Below, piece after piece: positions 12,513 through 27,500 of a stretch of DNA of 64,000 nt (its first letter is position 1; each line of letters opens with the position of its first letter). The notes under the pieces were generated by a model. It ran no database searches. It saw only the letters and a program-made list of their open reading frames with translations, and was not told the origin of the DNA. The stretch lies in contig JAQGDQ010000647.1 of NCBI GenBank assembly GCA_030141605.1, positions 19,108-83,107 on the forward strand, read 5' to 3'. This DNA is from Tubiluchus corallicola. Lineage: Eukaryota; Animalia; Priapulida. The translations under genes and the position numbers were made by a program.

Positions 12513-15500
12513 CTGAAAAATGGACGGATGTTAGAAATACACAAACATTATTTATTAACGTGTGATCCAACACGTCGAGTGCTACCCAAGATTAGTTCTG
12601 GTCATAAATTAGAAAATAATTCTCATGCATTCTTCCTAATGGGTTCATAAACATTTTTATTTTAATATTCTCGCTAGCATTCGTCACCTCCCCAGATGGC
12701 ATCATTTCGGCTTCCCGTTTTCGTATAAATTGTAACGAACATATTCTGAAAAACACTTTATTTCGTTTGTTTCGTTTAATACTACATTTAGTGAGGTTGC
12801 TGTGTCGTTTATGGCTACATTCAATGAGGTTATAAACATCGGTTAAAGTGTTTATTCTCTGGGGGACAATCATAACACATAAACGGAATTGAAAAATAAA
12901 AGATACCCGTATTTCACATACGACTGCATCATTATTACGTGGATACTTAAATTTTAATGCTGTTGTTGCTCATAGTGCCATTTGCCATAGAGAGTAAGGG
13001 TCTAACAATGACTCAGTTTTCTTCTAAGATGAAAAATACACCAAAAGACTGAGAGAACAATGACTCTGTTTTCTTCTAAGATGAAAAATACACTGAGAAG
13101 GAGGAAATGATGGCTGAGCTGTCCTCTAAGATGAAAAATACACCAAAAGACTGAGAGAACAATGACTCAGTTTTCTTCTAAGACGAAAAAATACACCAAA
13201 AGACTGAGAGAACAATGACTCTGTTTTCTTCTAACATGAAAAATACACCGAGAAGGAGGAAATGATGGCTGAGTTTTCCTCTAAGATGAAAAATACACCA
13301 AAAGACTGAGAGAACAATGACTCAGTTTTCTTCTAAGATGAAAAATACACCGAGAAGGAGGAAATGATGGCTGAGTTTTCCTCTAAGATGAAAAATACAC
13401 CAAAAGACTGAGAGAACAATGACTCGGTTTTCTTCTAAGATGAAAAATACACTGAGAAGGAGGAAATAATGGCTAAGTTTTCCTCTAAGATGAGAAATAC
13501 ACCAAAAGACTGAGAGAACAATGACTCAGTTTTCTTCTAAGATGAAAAATACACTGAGAAGGAGGAAATGATGGCTGAGCTGTCCTCTAAGATGAAAAAT
13601 ACACCAAAAGACTGAGAGAACAATGACTCAGTTTTCTTCTAAGACGAAAAAATACACCAAAAGACTGAGAGAACAATGACTCTGTTTTCTTCTAACATGA
13701 AAAATACACCGAGAAGGAGGAAATGATGGCTGAGTTTTCCTCTAAGATGAAAAATACACCAAAAGACTGAGAGAACAATGACTCAGTTTTCTTCTAAGAT
13801 GAAAAATACACCGAGAAGGAGGAAATGATGGCTGAGTTTTCCTCTAAGATGAAAAATACACCAAAAGACTGAGAGAACAATGACTCGGTTTTCTTCTAAG
13901 ATGAAAAATACACTGAGAAGGAGGAAATAATGGCTAAGTTTTCCTCTAAGATGAGAAATACACCAAAAGACTGAGAGAACAATGACTCAGTTTTCTTCTA
14001 AGATGAAAAATACACAGAAAGGAGGAAATGAAAGCCGAGTTTTCCTCTAAGATAAAAAAATCGGGAAGAGACTGAGGAATAATGGGTTAATGCTCCTCTA
14101 GGATGAAAAGCATACCAAAAGATAGACGGAGCAGAAGAACAATTTTCCGCTATGGTAAAAAATACACCACGAGACTTGGGGAATAATGGCTGAGTTTTTC
14201 CCTAAGATGAAAAATACACCACGAGACTTGGGGAATAATGGCTGAGTTTTTCCCTAAGATGAAAAATACACCACGAGACTTGGGGAATAATGGCTGAGTT
14301 TTTCCCTAAGATGAAAAATACACCATGAGACTTGGGGAATAATGGCTGAGTTTTTCCCTAAGATGAAAAATACACCACGAGACTTGGGGAATAATGGCTG
14401 AGTTTTTCCCTAAGATGAAAAATACACCATGAGACTTGGGGAATAATGGCTGAGTTTTTCCCTAAGATGAAAAATACACCATGAGACTTGGGGAATAATG
14501 GCTGAGTTTTTCCCTAAGATGAAAAATACACCACGAGACTTGGGGAATAATGGCTGAGTTTTTCCCTAAGATGAAAAATACACCATGAGACTTGGGGAAT
14601 AATGGCTCCTTCCGCATCTCAATTAGTCGAAATTGCTTCCACTAGTTACTGATTACTCAACATGTATTTTATGAACAAACAGCTGATGTTTGCTTGTCAA
14701 ATAAGGAAATGGACATAAGATTACACAAACGAAGCCACATCATCAATACGAATATGGTAACGTAGCAATGCTGTTGAGTAACCCGCATTACATTTAGTAC
14801 AGGATGCCCAGAAAACAATTACACACCAATAGATATCAATAGTAAAAAGACAGCATTTAAAAAGAACCGTGCAAAGAGTAGTATACCTAAATGGAAAAAC
14901 CGATTTTCAGAGTACACAAGAGTAATATACATAAATGGTAAACCGTTTGTTTAATATTTCATATTATTGATTATAGAATAAGGCGTTTGGTTAGATTTTA
15001 ATTATTTCCGAAGCTGTTCTGACAGTTACCATTCAGTGAACATGATTTGTTTGCTTCCATGGCCAACTTTTTACCAAGAGTGCCACCTGGTGTACGAAAT
15101 TTAAAAGTTTTTCACCAATTTCATTTACATGACAAAGCTATATATTTGCATTTGGCTGTCATACGAGACATCTTGCATCAAACCCAACCGAAAGAAAGAC
15201 ACACAGAATTAACTAATATTGCAACCCATTATAGTTTGGCTATTTTTTTAGATCTGCTCTGTTTCTGGTGTCTTTTAAGCCAAAAATTGAACCGAAATGC
15301 ACCAAATAAATTCAAGCATATAACATTGTCAGTTCTTTTTTCACATTATTAGTATTCGTAAAAGGGAACATTCAGGATTCACAGTGCAAACAAAGTCTCA
15401 AAACAACTGTGTCAGCTTTGCACTGATATGTCAATTTTGAAAGTATTTTTCTCAAAGCTAAAACACGGATATGCGAGACAAATCAGTGACATTTTGGTAA

Positions 15501-18500
15501 ATCTCAGAATAAATCTTCGGATAGTTAGAATAAGCCTTTTCACAGTTTTGTTGTGCGCACGCGCAGCTGATGTAGGTCAAACGTATAGTGTACCACAGTA
15601 ACGCATCTTAATTACAACTGTCACGTAACGTGTGGGTAACGCAAAACATGTTTTACATGGAGTTTACCTAATTATGCATTTACTAGCAGGAGCTTACATG
15701 GAAACAAGAAAAAATGTAAGTCTTAGCTACACCCGTCACGTGACATGTTGGTAAAGCAAAGCCGTCTGCCATGTAAGTTCGGTAATAGCAGTTGTTTTAC
15801 TTACTTAATGATGAATTTGTTTGCGCGCAGACTGATTTACTAACAAGATCTTACATGGAAACAAGAAAAAATGTAAGGTCTTAGCTAAACCCGTCACATC
15901 ACATTTTGGTAAAACAAAGCCGTCTGCCATGTAGGTTCGATAATAGCACTTGTTTTACATGGACTTTACTTAATTATGCATTAGTCTGTGCGTAGACTGA
16001 TTTACTAGCAGGATCTTGCTTGGAAACAAGAAAAAATAAAGTAGGTAAGGTTCTGGCTAGCTGTTAATCTGTTACTATTACAACAGCATGGGCTGCGAGG
16101 CGTTGTCAAGTGTACACAAGGGTGTTGTCTGGTTCACTTAACCTTTGACCTTTTCACAAATCATCATCAATCGTTGGAACTGTGAAAAAGCTTATTGCAG
16201 AATGAAAGAACGAGCAACTTGTTTCCTTGCCTAGAACGACACAACACGAACAAATCAGAGCCGCCGAACTCGAAACTTACCAAAGTCTTTAAAAAAAGTT
16301 TATTAAACAAATTCACTCACATTGTATCAAGAGTGATGAGATTTGTGTCGATGGGAGCCGTCCCATCTTGGTTTATGTTCATCTGCTGAGCAACGCTAAG
16401 CGGCCGACTCGGAGGAGGCGTCTCCGGGGGCTTCGGGTGGGTCAACGTGAATGGCAACTCCACTGATACGTCACTGAAATAAGCAACTATTAAATTATAA
16501 TATTCGTTTAAATGCTGCCATAATCAAAAGCACTAATAAATTTACAGTAGGAAATCAACGGGAACTAGGGGAATGTATCTCAGCACAGAAACTAGGAGAA
16601 TGTATCTCAGCACAGAAACTAGGAGAATGTATCTCAGCACAGAAACTAGGAGAATGTATCTCAGCACAGAAACTAGGAGAATGTATCTCAGCACAGAAAC
16701 TAGGAGAATGTATCTCAGCACAGAAACTAGGTGAATGTATCTCAGCACAGAAACTAGGAGAATGTATCTCAGCACAGAAACTAGGTGAATGTATCTCAGT
16801 ACAAAAACTAGGAGAATGTATCTCGGCACAGAAACTAGGAGAATGTGTCTCAGCACAGAAACTAGGAGAATGTATCTCAGCACAGAACTAGGAGAATGTA
16901 TCTCAGCACAAAAACTATGAGAATGTATCTCAGCACAGAAAGCAGGTGAACGTATCTCAGCACAGGAACTAGGAGAATGTATCTCAGCACAGAAACTATG
17001 AGAATGTATCTCAGCACAGGAACTAGGAGAATGTATCTCAGCACAGGAACTAGGAGAATGTATCTCAGCACAGAAACTATGAGAACGTATCTCAGCACAG
17101 AAACTAGGAGAACGTATCTCAGCACAGGAAACTAGGAGAATGTATGTCAGCACAGAAACTAGGGGAATGTATCTCAGCACAGAAACTAGGAGAACGTATC
17201 TCAGCACAGAAACTAGGAGAACGTATCTCAGCACAGAAACTAGGAGAATGTATCTCAGCACAGGAACTAGGAGAATGTATCTCAGCACAGAAACTAGTTG
17301 AATGCATCTCAGCACAGAAACTCGGAGAATGTATCTCAGCACAGAAACTAGGAGAACGCATCTCAGCACAGAAACTAGGAGAATGTATCTCAGCACAGGA
17401 ACTAGGAGAATGTATCTCAGCACAGAAACTATGAGAATGTATCTCAGCACAGAAACTAGGAGAATGTATCTCAGCACAGGAAACTAGGAGAATGTATGTC
17501 AGCACAGAAACTAGGAGAATGTATCTCAGTACAGAAACTCGGAGAATGTATCTCAGCACAGAAACTATGAGAATGTATCTCAGCACAGAAACTCGGAGAA
17601 TGTATCTCAGCACAGAAACTAGGAGAATGTATCTCAGCACAGGAACTAGGAGAATGTATCTCAGCACAGAAACTAGGTGAATGTATCTCAGCACAGAAAC
17701 TAGGAGAATGTATCTCAGCACAGAAACTAGGAGAACGTATCTCAGCACAGAAACTAGGAGAACGTATCTCAGCACAGAAACTAGGTGATGTATCTCAGCA
17801 CAGGAAACTAGGAGAATGTATCTCAGCACAGAAACTAGGAGAATGTACCTCAGCACAGAAACTAGGAGAATGTATCTCAGCACAGAAACTAGGTGAATGT
17901 ATCTCAGCACAGAAACTAGGAGAATGTATCTCAGCACAGAAACTAGGAGAACGTATCTCAGCACAGAAACTAGGAGAATGTATCTCAGCACAGAAACTAG
18001 GTGAATGTATCTCAGCACAGAAACTAGGAGAATGTATCTCAGCACAGAAACTAGGAGAATGTATCTCAGCACAGGAACTAGGAGAATGTATCTCAGCACA
18101 GAAACTCGGAGAATGTATCTCAGCACAGAAACTAGGAGAACGCATCTCAGCACAGAAACTAGGAGAATGTATCTCAGCACAGAAACTAGGAGAATGTATC
18201 TCAGCACAGGAACTAGGAGAATGTATCTCAGCACAGAAACTAGGTGAATGTATCTCAGCACAGGAAACTAGGAGAATGTATCTCAGCACAGAAACTAGGA
18301 GAATGTATCTCAGCACAGGAACTAGGAGAATGTATCTCAGCACAGAAACTAGGTGAATGTATCTCAGCACAGAAACTAGGAGAATGTATCTCAGCACAGA
18401 AACTAGGTGAATGTATCTCAGCAAAGAAACTAGGAGAATGTATCTCAGCACAGAAACTAGGAGAATGTATCTCAGCACAGAAACTAGGAGAATGTATCTC

Positions 18501-21500
18501 AGCACAGAAACTAGGAGAACGTATCTCAGCACAGAAACTAGGAGAACGTATCTCAGCACAGAAACTAGGTGATGTATCTCAGCACAGGAAACTAGGAGAA
18601 TGTATCCAGCACAGAAACTAGGAGAATACTCAGCACAGAAACTAAGAATGTATCTCAGCACAGGAAACTAGGAGAATGTATGTCAGCACAGAAACTAGGA
18701 GAATGTATCTCAGTACAGAAACTCGGAGAATGTATCTCAGCACAGAAACTATGAGAATGTACCTCAGCACAGAAACTAGGAGAATGTATCTCAGCACAGG
18801 AAACTAGGAGAATGTATGTCAGCACAGAAACTAGGAGAATGTATCTCAGCACAGAAACTAGGAGAACGTATCTCAGCACAGAAACTAGGAGAACGTATCT
18901 CAGCACAGAAACTAGGTGATGTATCTCAGCACAGGAAACTAGGAGAATGTATCTCAGCACAGAAACTAGGAGAATGTACCTCAGCACAGAAACTAGGAGA
19001 ATGTATCTCAGCACAGAAACTAGGAGAATGTATCTCAGCACAGAAACTAGGAGAATGTATCTCAGCACAGAAACTAGGAGAATGTATCTCAGCACAGAAA
19101 CTAGGAGAATGTATCTCAGCACAGAAACTAGGAGAATGTATCTCAGCACAGAAACTAGGTGAATGTATCTCAGCACAGAAACTAGGAGAATGTATCTCAG
19201 CACAGAAACTAGGAGAATGTATCTCAGCACAGAAACTAGGAGAATGTATCTCAGCACAGAAACTAGGAGAATGTATCTCAGCACAGAAACTAGGAGAATG
19301 TATCTCAGCACAGAAACTAGGAGAACGTATCTCAGCACAGAAACTAGGAGATGTATCTCAGCACAGGAACTAGGAGAATGTATCTCAGCACAGAAACTAG
19401 GAGAATGTATCTCAGCACAGAAACTAGGAGAATGTATCTCAGCACAGGAAACTAGGAGAATGTATGTCAGCACAGAAACTAGGAGAATGTATCTCAGTAC
19501 AGAAACTCGGAGAATGTATCTCAGCACAGAAACTATGAGAATGTATCTCAGCACAGAAACTAGGAGAATGTATCTCAGCACAGGAAACTAGGAGAATGTA
19601 TCTCAGCACAGGAACTAAAAACAAAAGGTGAATGTATCTCAGCACAGAAACTAGGAGAATGTATCTCAGCACAGAAACTAGGAGAACGTATCTCAGCACA
19701 GAAACTAGGAGAATGTATCTCAGCACAGAAACTAGGTGAATGTATCTCAGCACAGGAAACTAGGAGAATGTATCTCAGCACAGAAACTAGGAGAACGTAT
19801 CTCAGCACAGAAACTAGGAGAACGTATCTCAGCACAGAAACTAGGTGATGTATCTCAGCACAGGAAACTAGGAGAATGTATCTCAGCACAGAAACTAGGA
19901 GAATGTACCTCAGCACAGAAACTAGGAGAATGTATCTCAGCACAGGAAACTAGGAGAATGTATGTCAGCACAGAAACTAGGAGAATGTATCTCAGTACAG
20001 AAACTCGGAGAATGTATCTCAGCACAGAAACTATGAGAATGTATCTCAGCACAGCAACTCGGAGAATGTATCTCAGCACAGAAACTAGGAGAATGTATCT
20101 CAGCACAGGAACTAGGAGAATGTATCTCAGCACAGAAACTAGGTGAATGTATCTCAGCACAGAAACTAGGAGAATGTATCTCAGCACAGAAACTAGGAGA
20201 ACGTATCTCAGCACAGAAACTAGGTGAATGTATCTCAGCACAGGAAACTAGGAGAATGTATCTCAGCACAGAAACTAGGAGAACGTATCTCAGCACAGAA
20301 ACTAGGAGAACGTATCTCAGCACAGAAACTAGGTGATGTATCTCAGCACAGGAAACTAGGAGAATGTATCTCAGCACAGAAACTAGGAGAATGTACCTCA
20401 GCACAGAAACTAGGAGAATGTATCTCAGCACAGGAAACTAGGAGAATGTATGTCAGCACAGAAACTAGGAGAATGTATCTCAGTACAGAAACTCGGAGAA
20501 TGTATCTCAGCACAGAAACTATGAGAATGTATCTCAGCACAGAAACTAGGAGAATGTATCTCAGCACAGGAAACTAGGAGAATGTATCTCAGCACAGGAA
20601 CTAGGAGAATGTATCTCAGCACAGAAACTAGGTGAATGTATCTCAGCACAGAAACTAGGAGAATGTATCTCAGCACAGAAACTAGGAGAATGTATCTCAG
20701 CACAGAAACTAGGAGAATGTATCTCAGCACAGAAACTAGGAGAATGTATCTCAGCACAGAAACTAGGAGAACGTATCTCAGCACAGGAAACTAGGAGAAT
20801 GTATCTCAGCACAGAAACTAGGAGAATGTATCTCAGCACAGAAACTAGGAGAACGTATCTCAGCACAGGAAACTAGGAGAATGTATCTCAGCACAGAAAC
20901 TAGGAGAATGTATCTCAGCACAGAAACTAGGAGAATGTTTCTCAGCACAGAAACTAGGAGAATGTATCTCAGCACAGGAAACTAGGAGAATGTATCTCAG
21001 CACAGGAACTAGGAGAATGTATCTCAGCACAGAAACTAGGTGAATGTATCTCAGCACAGAAACTAGGAGAATGTATCTCAGCACAGAAACTAGGTGAATG
21101 TATCTCAGCACAGAAACTAGGAGAATGTATCTCAGCACAGAAACTAGGTGAATGTATCTCAGCACAGAAACTAGGAGAATGTATCTCAGTACAGAAAGTA
21201 GGTGAATGTATCTCAGCACAGAAACTAGGAGAATATATCTCAGCACAGAAAGTAGGTGAATGTATCTCAGCACAGAAACTAGGAGAATGTATCTCAGCAC
21301 AGGAACTAGGAGAATGTATCTCAGCACAGAAACTCGGAGAATGTATCTCAGCACAGGAAACTAGGAGAATGTATGTCAGCACAGGAAACTAGGAGAATGT
21401 ATCTCAGCACAGGAAACTAGGAGAATGTATCTCAGCACAGGAACTAGGAGAATGTATCTCAGCACAGAAACTAGGTGAATGTATCTCAGCACAGGAAACT

Positions 21501-24500
21501 AGGAGAATGTATCTCAGCACAGGAAACTAGGAGAATGTATCTCAGCACAGGAACTAGGAGAATGTATCTCAGCACAGAAACTAGGTGAATGTATCTCAGC
21601 ACAGAAACTAGGAGAATGTATCTCAGCACAGAAACTAGGTGAATGTATCTCAGCACAGAAACTAGGAGAATGTATCTCAGCACAGAAACTAGGTGAATGT
21701 ATCTCAGCAAAGAAACTAGGAGAATGTATCTCAGCACAGAAACTAGGAGAATGTATCTCAGCACAGAAATTAGGTGAATGTATCTCAGCAAAGAAACTAG
21801 GAGAATGTATCTCAGTACAGAAAGTAGGTGAATGTATCTCAGCACAGAAACTAGGAGAATATATCTCAGCACAGAAACTATGAGAATGTATCTCAGCACA
21901 GAAACTAGGAGAATGTATCTCAGCACAGAAACTATGAGAATGTATCTCAGCACATGTATTTAAATGAAGTCAGAAAAATGCGAATGCCATTAGAATTAAT
22001 AGTTTTAGGTTTGCACTGTTATTTCAATCGATAGACTGTTATGATTTTTCATGTCTGCTACACGTTCTTACAATAAAATCGCTGATTCTGTTTATATTTG
22101 ACGACGTTGAGCAATAATTCTTTCTTTTCTCCACAGTGTGGTGTCACGTCGTTGTAGAATTTTTCCCACACAACATTAGGCTCTGTATACTTAGTCAATA
22201 AATCTTGTTTTTCTTTCCTGCGTCGCACCACAATACGGTGGTGCAACCAGCCTGTCTACGTGACATCTGTGATAAATGTTAATCGGAATTCAAGTGCAAG
22301 TGTTAAAATCTTCAGCTTGCATAATTAAAGTCAAACTAAACTCTCGCCATAATGTAAACTTTTACAACTTAAAATCCACTCTCATTACGAATATTTCAAT
22401 TTATTTTATTATAAACTTACTGCAAAACTTGTTTCTTCTGTTTTTTTATAACTTCGTTTTTAGCGGTATTGAATTAGAAGAATTTGACGAATGACAATGA
22501 GTACAGTCGCCAAAGATCAGTACCTCGTATGTCATTTTTGCTCACTCACGTGAAAGACGCGAAACATGGCGATCTTTACAGCAATGCACACGTTCGAAAT
22601 TCGCTAGAAAATGGTAAGTTGTTTAATTTATGAGTTTCTTTTGTTTAATAACTAAGGATTCCTTGTGTAATCATAATAATCTGTTAAGAAAAACTTCAAT
22701 GTCTCTTGGGGTTACGTAGGGTTTTAAAGGAAAGGTCAAGTCTTCCGGGAAGTTAGGCTTATTCGAATGTTCACGAAAAATGTGAGAAGGATTTAGTAAT
22801 AAAATTGCAATAAGCTACTCGTGTAACTAGTAAAATCACTTTAAAGTCGCGATCACTCCCATTTTCAATACTCATTATTCTTCTAATGATGTCATTCGTC
22901 TTCAAGAAAAGTAGTGCACTAAAAATCTTCGTCGAAAGTATATTGCATTTTTACAAAAATATCAGATAGCTAATTTTGAAATATTTTTGCACAAATATCA
23001 AGTAAGCTGCAGAAGTTTGAATTAGTTTAAGCAACGCGCACTTATGAAAAGTCACGATGCACTTATGAAAAGTCACGAAGTCTCCCAGTAATTTAAAAAT
23101 TAATGGCGCCAACCACCACGCCTGAAAATTTCTAGTCAGAGGTAATACATTTTAAATTTATAATTTATAGACAGTAATTCACAAATTTCTTTGTCATATT
23201 TTTCCAAGTTTAAGTAATAAAAGCAAAATAAATAACCCAACATACTCAGTTGTAGCGAATGACTCGCGAGGAACTATTTTGTAACGCGTAGAAACATAGT
23301 AGTAAGTAGTTCGGTTAGGCAGAAAACATGTGAAGAACATGGCTTTGTCATTGCTGTCGTCTTTATTATATTTTGTGTTTTACACAAGACTAAACTTTAT
23401 GTTACCGTTGAATATTGTGTTGCTACCAACGTTAATTTCTGTGAAATAAAACAATCATCTACAAAGAAAAAATAACACAATAGAGGAAGCCTGCACGCCA
23501 TGAAAGAAAAAATCATAAACACTGTCCGACACGAGTGACCTACTCTTTTCTTTAAAGGAAAACCGGACGATTGTGTAAACATGAGTTCAAAATAAAGAAT
23601 GCTATAAAATATTGAAAACTACAACAGCTTTTTTAAATCAAAGCTCAGATTAAATTTTAATTACCTCGGATACCCAAATTTCGTTAAACTTTCAAAGCTA
23701 CGCGCTGAATCTATTAAGACTGGCAGCAGCACTTTTTTCTCACATTCACGTGGCAGACAAATAGAAGGCGGTACCGTGATAACCGTGATCATGAACTGCA
23801 GTGTTAGTTTCTGACGTCATATGATGTAGAGCCCATTTTTCATGACATCATGAGCTTAAACAGTACTGTAACACTTATACAAATGTGCTTGACGCGCAAG
23901 GGAAGATGCCTGCCATTGCACAAACTGTGGTTAGTTTCTGACGTAAGCAATAGCTGTGTTCGGTTGCCGTTAATTAACTTTCTAAGCTAATTATTCAAAT
24001 ATAAGAAACAACTGCTAACTTTTATACGCAAGAAAATGTATATTTTGGACAGTAAATTAAAATGAGATTGAGTCTAAACAATCATCTGGCTTTCCTTTAA
24101 GAAGCAAACATACCTGCCATACGCCACTATGAGACGAACTTTTACTGCATATTTAACAATGATACCCAGGTTTTCTTTCTGTAGCGATTCGTTCATTCTG
24201 CAAAATAAAAACAACACGCGTTGATATTTAAAATAAACACAAAGCATCCTACGCAAGCAAATTTACCAGCACTGCACAAACAACTGCACTTTTTTTCCGC
24301 AGGAAATGTTCCCAGTAATTCAGGATAATAATCCGAGAACCTATTATCTTAAATGTCATGCTGTTTTCTTATCAGGCTTTTGTTTAACGAAGCCAATGTA
24401 AGAGAGAAAATTTACCAAGTTTTTTATACGCTGAACATTATGTGTGTGAGATTTTTAACAAGCATGACAACAAGGTAATGATACTGAATAGCTGGAAACA

Positions 24501-27500
24501 CACATTCGGCTCATAATCCTTACCGATCAATATAAAAAAAACAGCCTTCTGTTTGTTACATTTTCAGCTACACTTGTTACACCACTTACACTAGTTATAC
24601 CACTTAAAAAGTAAACATAATACTGTGAATTAAATAAAAACTAGACGCAATCTTAAATTGTAAACAATCTACCTTGTAAAATATTGAAAGTAAACATGCT
24701 ATTTTTCCAAAAACGACTTATTACCACACAAACACAATTTCACGTTCGCGCCACTAGTTCTTCGCTGTTACATGCATTTCGCCATTCGCTAGCTAGACGG
24801 GCACTAGCACCAGCATTTTGGTAATGCAGTGCACAAGAAACAGGTGCAGCACCTCTCAGTTCAGATGTGTTAGTTCGTGATGAACAACACACGTTCGACA
24901 GCTCATGCATGAGCACAGCGGTAAATTTAAAATTGGAATTTTTATTATAAACCTTGTGTTATTTATGTAAATGTTGAAGATGAATTTTCTGTGCGCAAAT
25001 GATATTATTTTGCAAAAAACGAGTAAAATTTCATACAGCAAGCCACAGCATTGCTTATTGAACCTTACTAACTCTCTTCATCAAACGTATCCAGTAAAAA
25101 ACACAAATTTACCAAATACCGCACGACTAGCACTCGTGACAGTAGACTACGACTTGCAATGCAAACGTTCACGGTTCAAATCCAGGTTCAGGCGAGTGTT
25201 TTTGCATCTACTAGCTTTGGTTTCAAGTTTGATTTAAAATCAGTGGTCGATAAACATGAAAACTGAGTGCATAAGTAAGTATTTGCATGCTCGCAAAGGT
25301 TCACGGTTCAAATCCAGGTTCAGCCGAGTGTTTTTGCATCTACTAGCTTTGGTTTCAAGTTTGATTTAAAATCAGTGGTCGATAAACATGAAAACTGAGT
25401 GCATAAGTAAGTATTTGCGTGCTTGCAAAGGTTCACGGTTCAAATCCAGGTTCAGCCGAGTGTTTTTGCTTTAGTTTTAAGTTTGATTTAAAATCAGTGG
25501 TCGATAAACATGAAAACTGAGTGCATAAGTAAGTATTTGCGTGCTCGCAAAGGTTCACGGTTCAAATCCAGGTTCAGCCGAGTGTTTTTGCATCTACTAG
25601 CTTTGGTTTCAAGTTTGATTCAAAATCAGTGGTCGATAAACAAGAAAACTGCATGCATAAGTAAGGATTTGCACGCTGGCACTAGTAAATAAACAGATCA
25701 GCACTTACATTGTCGATGAGCCAAGGTTCGTATCTTCATGTTTCAACTTGCCATCCAGGGCTAAGCCTCGCTTGTCTTTGTTATTAGCCAGTAACGGTGT
25801 GACGTAGAAAACCTTTGAAATTGTCGTGCACGGCGCGAGGGGAAAACCGTCTCTGCACAATACATGAAAAAATCGTTACGTGCAAAAACACAAATCTTAA
25901 CGTGCAAAAGCGCACGTCTAAATAAAGAGTTTGAAACAAGGCAACGTTAATAAAACTGGATTCGATCACACATCGGGCTTTGTACCTGAAGATTCGAAGG
26001 TTTCCACTGCTGCTCGTAGTTCCTGAACAGAGGGATTTCATAAACCAGCAAGAGTCGAAATCTTTGAAAGTTTTCAGTCACCGTCATAGTTTTGTGTGCA
26101 ACATTTAACTTAAAAGTACTTTTACCAATTTTGATTTCATCATTCGTTAAGTCAATTCAATTGCATGACAAGCACTTCTTAACGTTAACAGACGGTAACA
26201 ATAGATAGTTTCCATTACGGTCAAACGGCAAAAAATTTTGATTCTGAAATGACGTCACTACGATCACAGGCAGATCACGCTATTGTCTCTGGCGAGTTCT
26301 CGGAGAACCCGATAAAGTCGAATTCTCTAGACGATAGAAATATAAACAAAACATACAGTTACAAGATGAAGTGCAAATGTCGGTGGTACAAAGCAGGGAT
26401 GCTGATAATTGTGCTCTCGTCAGAGTTTCGTTTCGGCGAAATTTACTAAGTTTCATAGCCGAAATTTCCGATAATTTTGGGCAGCATTTTTCGGAGGTTT
26501 TACTAGTATTTGTCCAATTTACCCTTTCTCTTCTCTAAATGTCAAAAACCGATAAAAATCTTGGCTAAAATAGTTCAAATAAAGTGAGAATTTCGTTTAC
26601 TTAACAGTTTGTGACGCGATATTCACAGCAATGTGGCATATCTTCGGGGCTGGCCACTGTGAAGTTTTAGTCTCTCCAGGCCCAATCAACCGAAATACCA
26701 AACCACGTTTGAATTTACTTGAGCAAAATCATTTTTAATTTTGAAAAATTTACGAAATATATTCAACAAAACATCTACAAAACAAAATTTGTTTATTTTA
26801 ATGAAGAATTATGATCTTTTTAAACATTAAGGAAACTTAAATTCAAAAACATTGTAAAACATTAATTTTTCTAATGTAAGCCACTCCATCAAACTTCAGG
26901 TTCTTTACTATAAAACATCTTTGAGTTTTTATCAATAACCTTGAATCACAGCAAATAAAAGCAAAGAAACAAAAACAAAAAACAAAATATTTTACATTTT
27001 TTAGAATTTTCCTTTTTTCAGTGTTAACACTAGTCGGTTTTGCAAAAATGTTTCGGTTCGGTTTCTCATGTTTGATAAATTTCGGTTTCGGTTTGTAAAT
27101 TCGGTTTCGGTAACATCCCTGCTACCCAGCTTGAAATTTTGCAGAAACTGTCGAGGGAGACGATAAAACACCTACAATCAGCTTGTGATTGTACAACTCG
27201 CTCTAGAGTACAAATGATTACAGCCTACGATCACTAGGGGTGAGCATCGAACGTTCGAGTTCGAACGAGTTTTTTCAGTTCGAACTCGATTCGAATCCAA
27301 AACTGTAGATTCGAATAATTCAGCACTTCAATCACAGGTGTTCTTTATCACTAAAACGATTGAAACATCATGCAATTAGCATAATTTAGCAGTGATTTCT
27401 GTGCACAATTTTAAACAAATTACTAGTCGTTTTATTGCAGAACAAAATCTAGTGATTGGCATGATCTTTGTAAGATTAATTTTTGTTGCTGGTTCGAAAA

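Noticed and set aside
16542-21953. Many VLRYILLVS / CAEIHSPSF / STETRRMYL ORFs
   Set aside because: 27-bp minisatellite with frequent 1-bp indels, inside an arrestin intron.
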